A stretch of 64,000 nt of DNA from Auanema rhodensis. Taxonomy: Eukaryota; Animalia; Nematoda. Of the stretch, positions 39,574 to 53,932 are shown in pieces. The position numbers and the translations under genes were made by a program. The DNA lies in assembly GCA_964057225.1 (NCBI GenBank), contig OZ059894.1:9734001-9798000 (forward strand), in the 5' to 3' direction. Position 1 is the first letter of the stretch; each line of letters opens with the position of its first letter. The notes below the pieces were generated by a model. That model did not search any database. It was given only the letters and a program-made list of their open reading frames with translations, and had not been told where the DNA came from.

Positions 39574-42500
39574 CCTACAAAGTGAAAATAAAATAAAAGT
39601 CAGGAAAAAAGAAACAAAAAAAGAAACGAAAAAAAAAAGAAACAAGAACTGATTCAAAAAGAAAAAATGAAAACGAAGAGTTCAGTGAATGGATAATAAG
39701 GGTCAGACAAGATGTTGGGCGGATCAGCTCAGGGAATGCTTGTATCAAACTGTATACATCTTAGATCAGCCTCTTGTATCTCTCCAGCCTCATGTCACAC
39801 TGTCTTTCTTCTTCTCTATTTTCGATGCGATTTCGCGTTCAGTCGGATGATCTTTAGCTTTTCTTATGCTCATGAAGCCTAGTTCTTGCAGATATGTTTT
39901 AGCTGTTGCATACACTTACTATTTCTCAAGTAATCAAAGACAAAGTGTTGGGAAACACCGTAAATCTTCAGTTTGAAGAGTGTACAACACTAAAAACACT
40001 ATTCAAATAAAACCAATTGCAAGGAAATATAGAAAATGTTTTAAAACTTTCTAAATAAGTGAAAAAGTATCGGAATTGAATCTGGAAACCAGATAAATTT
40101 ATCCGAATTTTAGAGAATGAACTTTTTTTTCATTTGTTCCTATTAAGTTCAGGAAGAAAATTGAAAAATATGTGAAACCGCATGACTTCATCATGCCACC
40201 AACCGGCATTACAGCTTTAAAAGTATTATTTTAGAGATTAGTCTGACATATCCAGGATCAGCCGATATTTCAATTGACTGTGAATTTTGGTTTCGAACAG
40301 AAGTGTGTTTGAGAAGCTTTCTCATTTTCTCGTCAATCTCAAAGACTTAAGATTTTTGAGCGCACATTTCTTGCTGAACGAAAGTGTTGAGCGAAAATTA
40401 TGAGTTTTTACGAGAAAAATAAGCAAAATGAATAGAATAACTAAATAGAATAACGACGGAAAGACAGTAAAAGGGAAAAATGCGAAAGAATAAACAGTAC
40501 AACTATTAACTGCCAGCAATAAATGCAACCGTTTGCAAGGATAGACAAAAACCAAAATGAGTTTATAACCTTCACGTCACGTAATAATGGCTGTAGTATT
40601 CTAATTAGATTATCATAGCTCATTCACTACATATACATATAGTTTATGAATGAAAAGACAAAAAAAGGAGAGAAAAGCTTGATCAATTAGTTATTTGAGA
40701 AAAAAAATTGAAAATCGGCAATAAGACAAGAGTGCGAAAGGGGCTAGGCCCATAGTATGAATTTATAAATTTTTTTTTTCTTATTTTCTAATTCAAGAAT
40801 AGATGTATATAGACAATAGAAACAGTAGAATTAATTCAGATAAATCTGAATAAGTTAAGACGCAGATGAAAAAAAAAGAAAAATTGAAGTATTTTTGAGA
40901 TCAAATGAATGCATGTATGTAGCATGTACATACAACTGCAAGAGACAATCATAGTTTTGAAGTACTTAAAGAGGATGGAGAAATTATATTAAATAATAAT
41001 TTTTTATATAAAAAATAGTAAAACTTAATACATTATAATATAGTTTAATAAAATTATTTAAGAAAAAAATGAATAAAATTAAAAAAACAACAATGAGCCG
41101 AATGGGCAATGCTATTAATGGCATGCCAAGCATAATGCGAAAAACGAAAGAAGGATGGGAGGGGGGGGGGCAGGGTGGGCTACATGAAGCTTCTTTCGTG
41201 AATGATTCAAAATAACTGATTTCATGCTTCTTCTTCATTAGTAGTGCATTCCAATTTGAATAATTCTTGTCAAACTGTGTGATCATGTTCTCAGACGACG
41301 ATAACGTCAATAAGGAAGAGGAAAAGCTGAGACACATCTGACGTGCATCAAACAATCCTCTTTCAAGTGTTAAGACCCTTCTATCACGGATTTTATGTTG
41401 ACTAGAAAGAAGCTAGCAGAAAGTTTGTTTCTTGTCGGCTTTATCGCCATCTAACACAGATTGAATAAGAGACGATAGTAACATATTAATAAGAAACTTA
41501 ACAAGCAAATAATAAATAAGAACAATGTCCAAATATTTAGCTTTTAAAGGAAGACAGTTTTGCTATGTTTATTAGCTCGAACTCAAAGCACTCCAACTCG
41601 AGTTGAGAGCAACTATCTCAGTATTTTCAGTTCATACAGCAGAGTTGAAAGAATTAAACCAGAAAGATAAATAAAAGGAACTTACTGCAAACTTATTGTT
41701 TAAAGAACAACTCATTTAAGCCGGGAAAGGAAAGAAAGTATTTTGGATTTGCTTGTCCCGTAAGTTCATTTGGATGACCTGAGGCAACGTATTTGAGGAT
41801 TTGTTGCCTTCTGCATTCCACGAATTCCGATTCTTTTTTTTCTGAATTCACTACATATGCGAGTTCAGATATAATGAGCATAAATGAAATAATGAAATTG
41901 ATTTAATTATAACATGACCACCTCATTGCCGTGGGGCAAAACAATAAAAGTAAGAAGAGAATGCTGAGGGAAAACATGATGCTAGTGCACTTTCAAATAC
42001 CAAAACAAGAGAAAGAACAATTATTCAACTTTTCCCAATTTGGGAATGAGACTAAACCTAACGATTGGATCAAGTGAAAATAGGATTTTTTGGGTGCATG
42101 AAGTACGAATGAATACCGATCCATCATTTGCGGATACATATGCATGTATATCATGAAAGTGCTGTATCTTTCCACATATCTCTCTCTCTCTCTCTCATTG
42201 CTCTAAACTCAAAACGTCGTCCTCCCTCTATCTTTGGAAAAGATTGCCTCCGGCAAGATAATCCGTCTAGAAAAGAGGGGACAGATTTGAGATGTGAGAG
42301 AAAAAGAGAAGGAAAACGTCTCGGATAGATTTGGCAACTAATGGGGAAATCTAGAGGCGGATAGAAAGTGAAAGAAGGAGATGAGGTAACAGAGGGAGAA
42401 AATGAAGAGCATTTCCAAAAAGCGATCAATTATGTGACGTCACACTTGGAGATGTACCTCATTTGTATGAGCATGTAGCGTTTCTTCAGTTCAAAAATGA

Positions 42501-42694
42501 AGAACTCTGAGCTTTACTAGCATGCATACATACGTGTATGTTAGATACCCTCTTCATGCACTCATCCCCCACTCTATTCTTACCCGTTCTCTCTTCCTCT
42601 TCGTCTAGTCAACCTATTCAGTTTAAATCGTTTTCTCTCTTCAAACATTTCTCAAATCTCTCGTTCTCTCCTCAAACGGCTATCACTTTCTTGT

Positions 42695-42742
<48 letters not shown>

Positions 42743-43158
42743 TCTCTTCATATTTCTCTTTCTATCTATTCTCTTTGCTATATCTCAATATATTTTGTCC
42801 CAAGGCAGGTCCATCCTTATATGAGGACTCACACACGAAAGTTAAATTATTAATGAAATAAGTGAAATAGATATTAGATGGTGATCTATTGGCGCTTCGT
42901 AGAATAACCAGAGGCAGATGAAAAAAAAAGAACATCGAGGGGGAGGAGAAGTAGCTAAAAATTGACGCCCAAGCACATGATCATTAATGTTGTCAACTCA
43001 GTAAATTATACGTATAGTTAGATCGAATACAATTTTAATAGGTACATAATATAGTTGAAAGTGGAAATGAAGAAAGATATATACTACTGATTGCATGCTA
43101 TAGGTACATAATAATTTGTAGTTTTTGAAATAAAAGGTTTTTTTTTGAAGAAAAAGAA

Positions 43159-43214
<56 letters not shown>

Positions 43215-43669
43215 AAAAGGTTTATGTGTCAGAAACAACAGCATGTAACCATAATCTTAGATGTTTCTCAATTTAATTAGCAGGAAGTAATCAAGTTCTT
43301 AAATTTGTGAAGAAAACATTTTACAATTTTAAAAATTCATAACTGGCTTATAGCTTATGAAAGAATTTTTATAACTATAAGACGAATTAAAGTAAGAATA
43401 TTTGAATAAAACAGAGAGAGAGGGGGAGAGAGAGAGATAGTGAGAGAGAGGTAAGCATGAGAATGCATATGAATCTTAGTAGGATTTAGAAAATCCTAGA
43501 ATGAAAACCAAAAAAGTAAAAGAGATTGACACAAAATGACAAAACGGAGTTGAAAATAATAGAAAAGGACATCAGGGATAGCAGCTTGTACTGAATAGGA
43601 AGATGTAAGGATAATATTTTTAACTTTTTACCTTTTACAGCAACATTTTCTTCAAAATGTACAACAAAA

Positions 43670-43724
<55 letters not shown>

Positions 43725-43860
43725 TTCTCAATTGAGTATTTATCTATTGTCTTTTCATATTTTTTATTGATTTCTTAGTAGTAAATGTCGACGAATTTTT
43801 AAATTGTTTTTGTGATGTTCCAGAGGTGCAAAAGAAAAGAAACATATAGCAATATAACCT

Positions 43861-43911
<51 letters not shown>

Positions 43912-45854
43912 TTATGATTCATTTACCAAATAATAATGTTTCTCTATAAGATTCAAATCATATTATAAGTCATTTTTTTAATATAAGAACACATATAGTT
44001 ATGAAAACAATATATGATAACATGAAACAATCAAAGAATGAAATTGCTCGTTTTGATTATTATGTTGATTACTGGTTGGTTGCAATAATCGCTTTGGTTC
44101 AATCTCGTTATATTATTATATCTTTTCTTTCTATGAAAATCAGAGTTATCAAAGAAGAAAAATCAAAAAATATATAAAATTAAAGTAGATTAGATTCGCT
44201 CAGCTGACTATTTGATGAGAATAGGAGAATCAACTTCCGATTTTAGATAATTAATCGAGCAAAAGGTATGTCCTTACAGCTGAATAAGAATTTATATGAA
44301 AGCGTCTGACGTAACAATGAATATAATGTTTGAATATACTAGTAATAGTATAATTTTAATCAAATACGTTTTTTTGTTTTTTAACCTTTTTTGTATTAGA
44401 ATAGACAAAGTTTTGAATACAAGATTCAAGTTTGGTTATATGTATGTGTGTGTGTGTGTATGTATGAAGCATGAACTATGATTCTCTCTTCATACATATA
44501 ATACATATATTCAAGTTATAACCAAATTGTGCATGGTTTGGCGAGTGAGAAGGCGGAGAAAAGCCGGTCAAATTCTTAAATAAAAGTTTTAAAAGTTTAA
44601 TTAAGTTTCAAAGTTAATGTAATGAATAGAAAAGAAAGAATATGTTGAGCAACGTGAATGATACAGAGAAAATATCATATCTGCTGTCATTTTCTCTTCA
44701 TCTCCATCCCTCTCTCTCTCTCTCTCCCCTCTCTCTCTCTCTCTTTCTCAATCTTAATTCTATGGTTGTTTCTCTTTATATTCTTATAGTTATTTTATCT
44801 GCTTCTTACTCTCTTCAATTCTTGCTATCATTTTCTCAGTTTCCCTGATGGAAATCGAAAGAGGGATTAGCAACGTAATGATTATAATATCTCCCATGGG
44901 CTCTGGTGGCTTTCCTATATATGAATATAGCCATTATGTCTGTTTCTGATATATTTGAATCGGAAAAGTATTCATCCGTTTAGTCCTTGTCACTTGGATT
45001 CAAATCTTTTTCCTTCTTTTACATCTTCGATTTAACCATCTTCAAGTTTTCAGGACATCCTTCCTCATTCTTTTCTCGTTGTAGGTCTGCTCGTACTCCT
45101 TCATAATCCGTCCAAACCTCGATTCCTCCCTGTCTCTCGTTTCCAATTCATCCCTTCTTTCTTTTGTTTCTTTATATTTCTATCATTTTTTACTTTCTCT
45201 CTTTCTCTAGCTTTTTCTCTTTCTCTCTCTTTCTAGCTCTTTCTCTTCTTTTTTTTGCTCTCTGGATATATAGTATATTTGGGTCTGTGTCAACAAATCT
45301 AGATCCTCATGGGTAGAGAGAATCACCGCATTCAGCGTGAATTCTATCGATTTTGCAGTCAACCAAGGGTGGCCAATAATGTTGGCAAAAATAAAAGTTT
45401 CGAACGTAATAAGCGTGATGATTAGGATATGAAGTCTGGGCTAGATGAGTGAAGCTCGTAGTAAACAGTATACTGGAGATGAACAATGAAGGGAAAGAAC
45501 TACTTAAAGATAAAAGAAGAACAAAAAAAAGTTGAAGTCAGTAAAATTGGAAGAAAAATCAAAAAAAAAAGAAAGAAAGTGAACAAAGTTATCAAAGAAA
45601 AAGAAAATGAAAATTGAATGAAGATGAACAGGAGTTTTGTTGAATTAAAGCAAGATGCTACAAATTTTTCATTGAAATGTAACATTTTGGTTTTTCGTCT
45701 TTGAATTTTTTATTTTTTTCGTCTTTCTTTGTCAATTATCCAAATAGTAAGTAAGTATTTGAGCAGAATTATAAGAAAATTTCCATATATAATGAAATGA
45801 AATCAAGAACTGATCAGTCAGATGATTAAATGGTTTGTTAGAGAGAAAGAGATA

Positions 45855-45888
<34 letters not shown>

Positions 45889-45979
45889 AAGCGGACACAG
45901 GCATAGAGGGAAACATAGTAGAAGAGATGTATATGTATAAGATGTAGTATGAAATTAGAGAGAATGAATGTAAATGTTT

Positions 45980-46025
<46 letters not shown>

Positions 46026-47129
46026 AACTTAAAACATATCCACATGCAAAGAAAAAAAAGAAATACAAAATATATTGGTATATGTATATGCATTTCAATT
46101 ATAGTCTACAACTTCAACGTGCATTCAGAAAATCAGAAAACATGTAGTTGACGTTGAGTTCACGCACGTGATATAACAAAGTACTATATTTAATGCTTCG
46201 AGGACAAAGAACGGTTGTTGTCTGAGAAAAATATAAACATTCAAGCTTTTCCTTCAATTACTTTACTATGCTTGAACATTATACTTTTTTTTTTGGTAAA
46301 AAAACTATAAGATAAGTAAGAATTGAATGAGTTGAGAGCAGCAAAAACTAAGCGTTTTCATCAGAGATTCACAACAATGAAAATGGAGGATCCCAGAATT
46401 TGTAATTGGAAAATGGCCGTAATCTGGTCTCATCTTATGTATCAACAGGACCTCATAGAATATTAGTTTTAAATATCGAATTTGGCAAAACAAATAGAAA
46501 AAATGGAAAAAGAGAATAGACATGTTTCGGATTGTGATGGATAAATTCCTCCTTTAGCTCCTGTCAATCAGTCGTACTTCAACTTCGAGCTTTAATAATA
46601 GTAAAATCAGAAGTTATTCCTATTAACTGTTTGGATTGGAGAATAACATGCAAGACAGTTGTTTAAGAGAGTTTTTGAGAGAAATTGGAAACATTCGTGA
46701 TGCTTCTATTTGACTTCTGCCCAAAAAAGCGATGGCAGCATGAAAAAGGAAAAGCAATTGATGAGGCTAGACAAAGCTTAAAGAAGTTGATGTCGTGCAG
46801 CTTGAGCATGTTACGTCACAAAGTCTTAATGGGTGGTCATCTCCTCCAAGTCTCAAATTGAATTGGCTTTCGGTATAACATGAGCTGAGAAGAAATGATG
46901 ATAAATAAGAAGATCAGAATGATGATTTGAAAACAAATTGAATTCATTCTATGGCAACGAAGCTCTTCCATTCACAGGATACATGTGCATCAGAGAGCAG
47001 GATGGAATTGAGCCATTAGCCTGAGGGTGAAAAGCCTGTTATGGAGTGCTGAAGAGTTGGTGAATTACTTTTCTATGTCCAGAATAGATAGTGAAAGAAA
47101 AAAATATAGAGAGGGATGGGAAAATAGGA

Positions 47130-47161
<32 letters not shown>

Positions 47162-48925
47162 ATATATACATAAAGAGAGAGAAAGAGAAAGGGAGAGAGG
47201 TTGAGGAGGGGGGGGGAGTATGAAAGGAGAGGAAGGGAGAGACGAAATAAATCGGAAGAGCATGATAGAAGGTATGTAGGAAATTAGTAATAAATAACTC
47301 TCATTGATCATTCTGCATATTAAAAATTATATGAAAGAAATTATAAAACAGCATGAGCAAGTGGATAAGTTTTGAAGAAACAGAGTCAGGCTTCATGCTC
47401 AAAGGCTTCCCCCTCCCCCCGCTTCTCTCACCGCCCTCTCTCTACAGCATTATGTTTCGTTTTCTCTTCTACCAAACCAAACTATAGAGTCAAAAATTGA
47501 AATGTGTTGCTTGCAATCTCCTACATCATTGTTTTTGTTTCTCCAAATTTCAATGTTCGCATTTTAAATTCAAATATTGTCCTTAAAGCTGATCATGGAA
47601 TCAGTGATCACGACCAAAGACGGATCATTGATCTGATGTAACTCAATTAATTCTTCTTTTTGTTCAAATTCTGTTGTTCTTTTCTTATTTTTTTTTTGCA
47701 GAACCTCAGCATCCTAGCAGTAGGTCATCAACAATTTCATTTTAAACTCACAATCTAATAGGATAAATAGCCATCCAAAGCTCATTGCCAGTTCTAAAAT
47801 TGGAAAATTGGCCCAATTTCTACTAAACTTTTTTCTTCCGATATGACAAATTTCTTCATCAATGGTTTGTAAAAAATTGGAAGAGCATGTCTATTTCTAA
47901 TCAAAACAGAAACATGATGGCTAATTTTTTTTTTGTGTGTTCAACGAAGAAAAATGACTTTTCTCATTTGAGAAAAAAAAATTAGCTGTTTTGAAAAAAA
48001 ACAAAAAGTCATAGAAGTAGAAAGAGAGAGAGGGAGAGAGAGAAAGAGACTGCGGGGAAAAAAAAGAAAAAGAGAGAGAGAGAAGCAAGGTAGAAGGGAG
48101 AGAAACTCAAGAAAAAGAAATAAGAACAAGAGATCTCGAAAAAGAGAAAATGGAGCATTATGTAGGATGAATGTGTATACACTCTAACCATAAAATTGAC
48201 TGAGGTCGTTCTGTGTGTTCCGGATCACAAAAGTTTCTTGTTATGTTGGAGAGTTAGTCCAGAAAAACAGGAAGTCTCTAGTGGTGAGAAGTGTCCTTCT
48301 ATATTACCTGATGTTATATGAACATTGAAAGAGATAAATTAAAAAAATGATAAAATAGAAATGTAACTCTGATTAGGAGTCTTGAAAAGATAACTTTTGG
48401 TCTGGATACGGTAGGTTGAGGTAATGTAGAACTAGGTTGAGGTTGAGGTAATGTAGAACTATTCGCAGGTACAAGTAGGCTTGTTCTATTCCAGAAAATT
48501 GGAAACAAACTAAAACATAAACCTGAAATTTCCAGAATAGTCGCAACCGACTTTGCTATCAAGAAACACTTTGTGAGGTTTCTTGACAGCCTTTCTAAAT
48601 CTGTCTGTGGCTTCAACATTATGGATATATAATCTGAAATTGAGAGGATATTTCACATGAAGCCTGATGAGGCCGAAGAAAAAGAAGAAAAGAATTATAT
48701 GGGTAGAATAAAAATCAAAAGAATATGAAAATTAGTAAAGAATGAGCAAAAGTTTAAAACTAGATTGAAAGCTCAAACTATATAATCACGCTTAACATGA
48801 AAGAGCACAAAATCTTAGAACTGGCAACATTGGAAGAAAATAGAACTAGAGAAGATAATGGTCAGAGAGAATGAAAACGTAGAGAGCAAGTAATGAAAAT
48901 ATAGAGAAAACGACAAGAAGAGATT

Positions 48926-48977
<52 letters not shown>

Positions 48978-49456
48978 AGACTGAAGGGATGTTGGATGTT
49001 AGTTCCACTATGTGCTGCTGCTACTGCTTCTACACCCTGAGTATGACAATCCTTTCGCCTGAATGGTCATGAGAGAAGGGGACAGCCAACAGACATTTCT
49101 TTATTAACCAATTCATAGTCGATATGCCATACTAGAGCAACTTGCTTTCGGTTCTCATCTTATACCTGCTCAACTCAATTTTCCATTTAAAACCTGAAAC
49201 GTTAACAAGGAATCCCGGCAAACCGAGAGCCAACGATATGAAATAAGAGAAGAAAAACAGAAACATATTCGTAATTTTATACCTTAAAGCAACACCCATT
49301 AAGTAATTTCTGAAAAAAATGAGATGCTAGTACATGTGATAGTCAAATTCCAGATATAAGCTTGAGAAGAAACGGAAGAAAAAGAAAGTGGCATCATTTA
49401 AGAAACAAAAAATTAAATTGAAAAGGAAAAATTTTAAATCAAATCTACAGAGTGGT

Positions 49457-49514
<58 letters not shown>

Positions 49515-52500
49515 TATATAGAGCACTTACACATACATACACATAGCTTCACACATATCCAGCTTAACCAATTTTCAAGCAAAAGCCATGAAAACTCTTT
49601 CCGAGCATCAATGTTGACAAGATACACATGTAAGATATAGCACTGACCTATCATGACGACGATGCTTCCATGCCAAAATTACGATGAAAATGAAAATTTG
49701 GAATTTTTATTAATTGGCAAAATCTCAAAAAGGCTGACTGCCAAATTTCTTCATTTTTGGTTTTTGTTTTCAAATACATAACCAGCTAAGAATGATCGTA
49801 GCCTGTGACGCACAATGTATTCTGATCGAGCTTCTCGAATTCTGTTTCCTCAGTCTTAAATTACTGCTCAAATTTCGTCACTTTGCCTAAATCAGAAGAA
49901 GCAAAAACCTTTGTTAAAATTAAACAAAATTTATTCAGAATTCGGAAATCTAACCTAAGCATTGGTTTCTTCTCTGAGTACTGGTATCCTAGCCATCTGT
50001 TTGAAAAATATATATACTGAACCGAAATATGAGGATGTGATGAGAACTTTCATCAGATTTCCCGGGCTTGTTCCCGGACAGACAGGTTAGGTGTTGAAAG
50101 GGTAGAAAGATACAGCAACAGAGAGGGAGTGAGAGAGGAGGGACAGGATGAAAAGAGGAAGATAGAGAAAGAGAGAGCAACATTTAAGCTATTCAATGGA
50201 AAAAAAACCAAAAAGAGTTGCTGTATGTTTTTGTTTTCTATATTGGTCGTCCAATTTGAATAAATATTTGTAGAAAAAAATGGTAGAAAGAAGTAAGAAT
50301 TGGCTGTGTGTGAACCGCTAAAAGTGTTTTTTATACGGGACCCAACATTTCATAAGCATTTAAAACTCAAAAAAAAAGGAGAAGAACAAGAACAAAAGTG
50401 AGCAAAAAAGAGAAGTGAGAGAGAGAAATTGAAAAAAGAAGAGAGAAAGAGAGAGAGAATAAACGTAAAACATCATGGAAATTATTTGAGAAAACAATAC
50501 GCATAGATTAAAGAAAGAATTTGTTGTATTCGGACTTTGTGTGCAAAATCTTTCTTTCATATAAACCGCATAATATAAGTCTTTTCTCGAAGTTTTATAA
50601 GTTCTCTATAAGGATTTCACGGAACGAAGATGCAAAAAGGATGAACTGAAAGAAAAAGAAGAAAAGAGAGACGAAATGAAGAAGACGAAGAAGGTTATAA
50701 AGTCATATTGGATACAAATACTCTCTCAGTTTGTCTTGTTAGCGGCATGTTCAGAGAAATGTTCTGATAATCAAAACATTTCATATGCTTTAGTACTGCC
50801 CTCTCATGTCGTAACATGAGCACTTATAAGGGATAACATAGCTTTGTGATTATGGATGAAGACGATGAATTCAACTTTCAACAAAACATGAACAGCCTAT
50901 TAGATGAACAAAAATATTTTCGTTAACTTGATCATCGGACGATCTTGTCTTTCCTTTTATTCTCCTCTTATCCAGCATTCTTGTCAACTCTTTCTCTCTT
51001 TATTCTATTTTCCTATAATACATAAATATGCAACGTCATGATTTGAAGAATATTATTCGAAACGGTAAACTACTAAGAAAAGCATTCTTCTTCGTTTTCT
51101 CTTTCTTATTCCTCATCCACAACTTTTCTTTTCTACTTCTTGTAAAATATAAAAATACATACTTAAGTACGCATATATCAAAAGATTTATGATGATAAAT
51201 ACGTAATGTTATGTGTAAATTCTATAGCAATCTCACCATATACTCACTTAAGAGAGAAGGGTGTCACATTCGACAAAAAATGCTCAATAATATTAAGGAA
51301 AACTTTAGAAGAAAAAACGTAGGTGCCTAGAAAACACAACGAATATCTCCCCCCCCCCTCATTCAGTAGAAGACGTGAGTACCTCCTCTCTTCTCACCCC
51401 CTCAAAATGCAAAAACTCAATTTTAAAAGTTTGAAAGCAAAGAAGAATTACTGAAGATGAAAATACAACCGTACTGTGTTTTACACGTCATCAAAATGAT
51501 TTTTTTGTTTTAAACTAATTAGAATATTAGTTCACGTTTACGCAGCATTTGAATGATACTTCATTCAAGTTTCTCAGAATTTACATGAAAATACTTTGCA
51601 AAGATGGGGAAAGCAAGATCAAAAACGAAGAACAACCACGTACGACGACGAACTTACATATTTGAGAACATCATTTTGATAGACAAAGTGAGTAACAATG
51701 AATTAGTTTCAAACAGAGAGAGAAAAAAGATTTTTTTTCTCTTTTTTTTCCAATTAAATAAAGAAAATTATGATACTCAGTGATTTCAGTTGAGATGCTT
51801 CACTTATCTTTCTTTTTTTTTGCGAAATTGAAAACAAATTTTCCATTTTCAGCAGAAATAATCCAAAAGTTTCAACGCTCAAGCTCAAAGAACAAACTTA
51901 ATATTTGAGATAAAATTGGCAGAAGAGAGTGAAACGTATAGAGATATTCAAAAGATTGGCAATTTCTTTTCGAAGAGCCTAAGTTGGATATGCTGATGTC
52001 GTATTACTAGAAGGGTTGAAGATAAACGACTCTTTTCAAGTCATATTACTTGGAATTGTTTGAGGATTATAGGTTGAAGAATGAAAAGTTGGAGAAGTAG
52101 GTTGAGCTTAAAATAGAAAAAATGGAAGAGAAAATGGAAGTTTTGGAGACAAGTTAGATGAAACATTCAAACAGATGCTCATGAATAGAAATACTTGATT
52201 ACTCAAGAATCATTAACTAGAGTTCAAGTATGTAATCATTCGACGAACAAATTTAGAAAAACTTTTCCATCGTTCAGCCTCATAAGTCAGCTTCTTTTAA
52301 AGAAATGAGTTTTTGGTACGAAGAAAAGAGTTAAACTACTAAATGAAGTTGAAGCTCTATCTCTGTTCACTCTTCTTCTTATTCGTCTGGCTCATTTTTT
52401 GGTTTACGTTATGTCTCGTTTTCTCAACTTATCACTTCTTTCCACTCATTTTGTTCATTGAATTATCAGGAAAGGGAAGAGATGGAGTTAAGCAATTTTT

Positions 52501-52955
52501 TTTCGCAACTATAGGTCAAGAAAATTAAAGAAAAGGGCAGGCTGTTGCTGAACGCGTTACATGGTTTCACCTCAGATTAGGAATCAGGCTTGTATTCCGT
52601 GGGAGACGGTGATTGAATAAAGCATGACTAAAAGAATACGAGTGACGAACAACGACGATAGAGCTTGTGAGCTCGTGACGATAGAATAGATTACCAGATG
52701 TAACAAAAGACAAATCCATAATTGGATTGTACATCGAAGTGACGTGTTTACAAAGCAGAAAAAAAGAAAGCTAAGCTGGAGGAGTTTACTTGAGTTGCTT
52801 CACACTAGACGAACCAATCGAAAGTATTGTAATGACGGACTTCCAATGATATTAGCTAAAAATAGAAAACAAAATACAATTATTACAAAAATAGAAACGA
52901 AAAGAAAAGAAATCTTCATAAATCAGTGAAGGGAAATACAAGGAAAAGAGATAGA

Positions 52956-53007
<52 letters not shown>

Positions 53008-53495
53008 GAAAGCTAAAAGAGAGAGGAAGACATAGAAATATGAGAGCGGAGGGAAACGTGGAAGAAAACAGAAAGACATGACAACGAGATGTGATGTGCT
53101 GACTGTAAATCGGAAAATTTTTGAATGAAATGGAATAAACTATCAGTTGGTTACTTGACAACGGATATTTTTAAAAAAAAAAGATGAAAGGAGTGATGAA
53201 CTGAAATACAAATAATGAAATTTTGCAGCGACAGCATCGAAACACAAGAAACGTTATCTAGACCTCTTTAAAAATAATCATCAATCACGATCAGATATAT
53301 AGAAGCATGTAATGATCTATGGCAAGTATTTGAGATCGACGGAGGAAAAAGCTAGAAGTTAGCTGTAGGCTACAAGATAATAAGGAGAAAAACGATGGAG
53401 AATACCTAGAGAAGAACATCCACAGAGAGCTCCGATCTCTTCAAAACATTTCAGATATTTGTCTGTAGACTTCAGATTATATCTTAGTGTGTTAG

Positions 53496-53932
53496 AACAT
53501 CACAGTCAACAAGGCATGTGCTCGAAACAGATCTTCCACTTACCGCTTGCTATCTCTAAAGACCGCGAAAACAGTGCAACGTCCGATTTCTCTCTCATTC
53601 TAACGAATATCCTTATCAGAATATGCTTTAGCAACCAGGAACAAGAAGCTTACTCAGGAAGTACGAGATAGAGCTGTAGGTTCTCATTCCTCCTTCCATC
53701 TTATCAAAAAGGTTACAGAGAGAGTTCGACAAGCATTGTAGCATCACAAGTAGTAGATGTTCGGAAGTCCCTAGGATTTTCAAAGAAAAATACAATCCAA
53801 ACATCTTCATCGAGGTATTAATGAAGCCTGGAATATCCAATTGCTTGGTAGTAGCTTCTTGTTTTATCTCAAGCCATTCTGCCGCTTCTTGCTTTCGCCT
53901 CTATCATCGCCGTTTTCATCTTCTTGCTATAG
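53496..53932 (+). CDS. Candidate small tail-anchored membrane protein gene (5' end unresolved)
   Basis: Exons 53496-53580, 53632-53675, 53719-53814 and 53855-53932 join in phase via 51-, 43- and 40-nt GT-AG introns, ending LLVLSQAILPLLAFASIIAVFIFLL*. Confidence 0.35.

Noticed and set aside
41399-41440. TGACTAGA (miR-44/279 seed) within a short hairpin
   Set aside because: The stem is only ~17 bp and the mature sequence would run into the loop; there is no match beyond the seed.
48664-48685. CTGATGAGGCCGAAGAAA hammerhead-ribozyme-like core
   Set aside because: There is no stem II complement and no stems I/III with an NUH cleavage triplet.
48975-49098. H/ACA snoRNA-like hairpin (ccct/aggg, atgac/gtcat, then ACA)
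   Set aside because: No properly placed ANANNA H box or convincing second hairpin.
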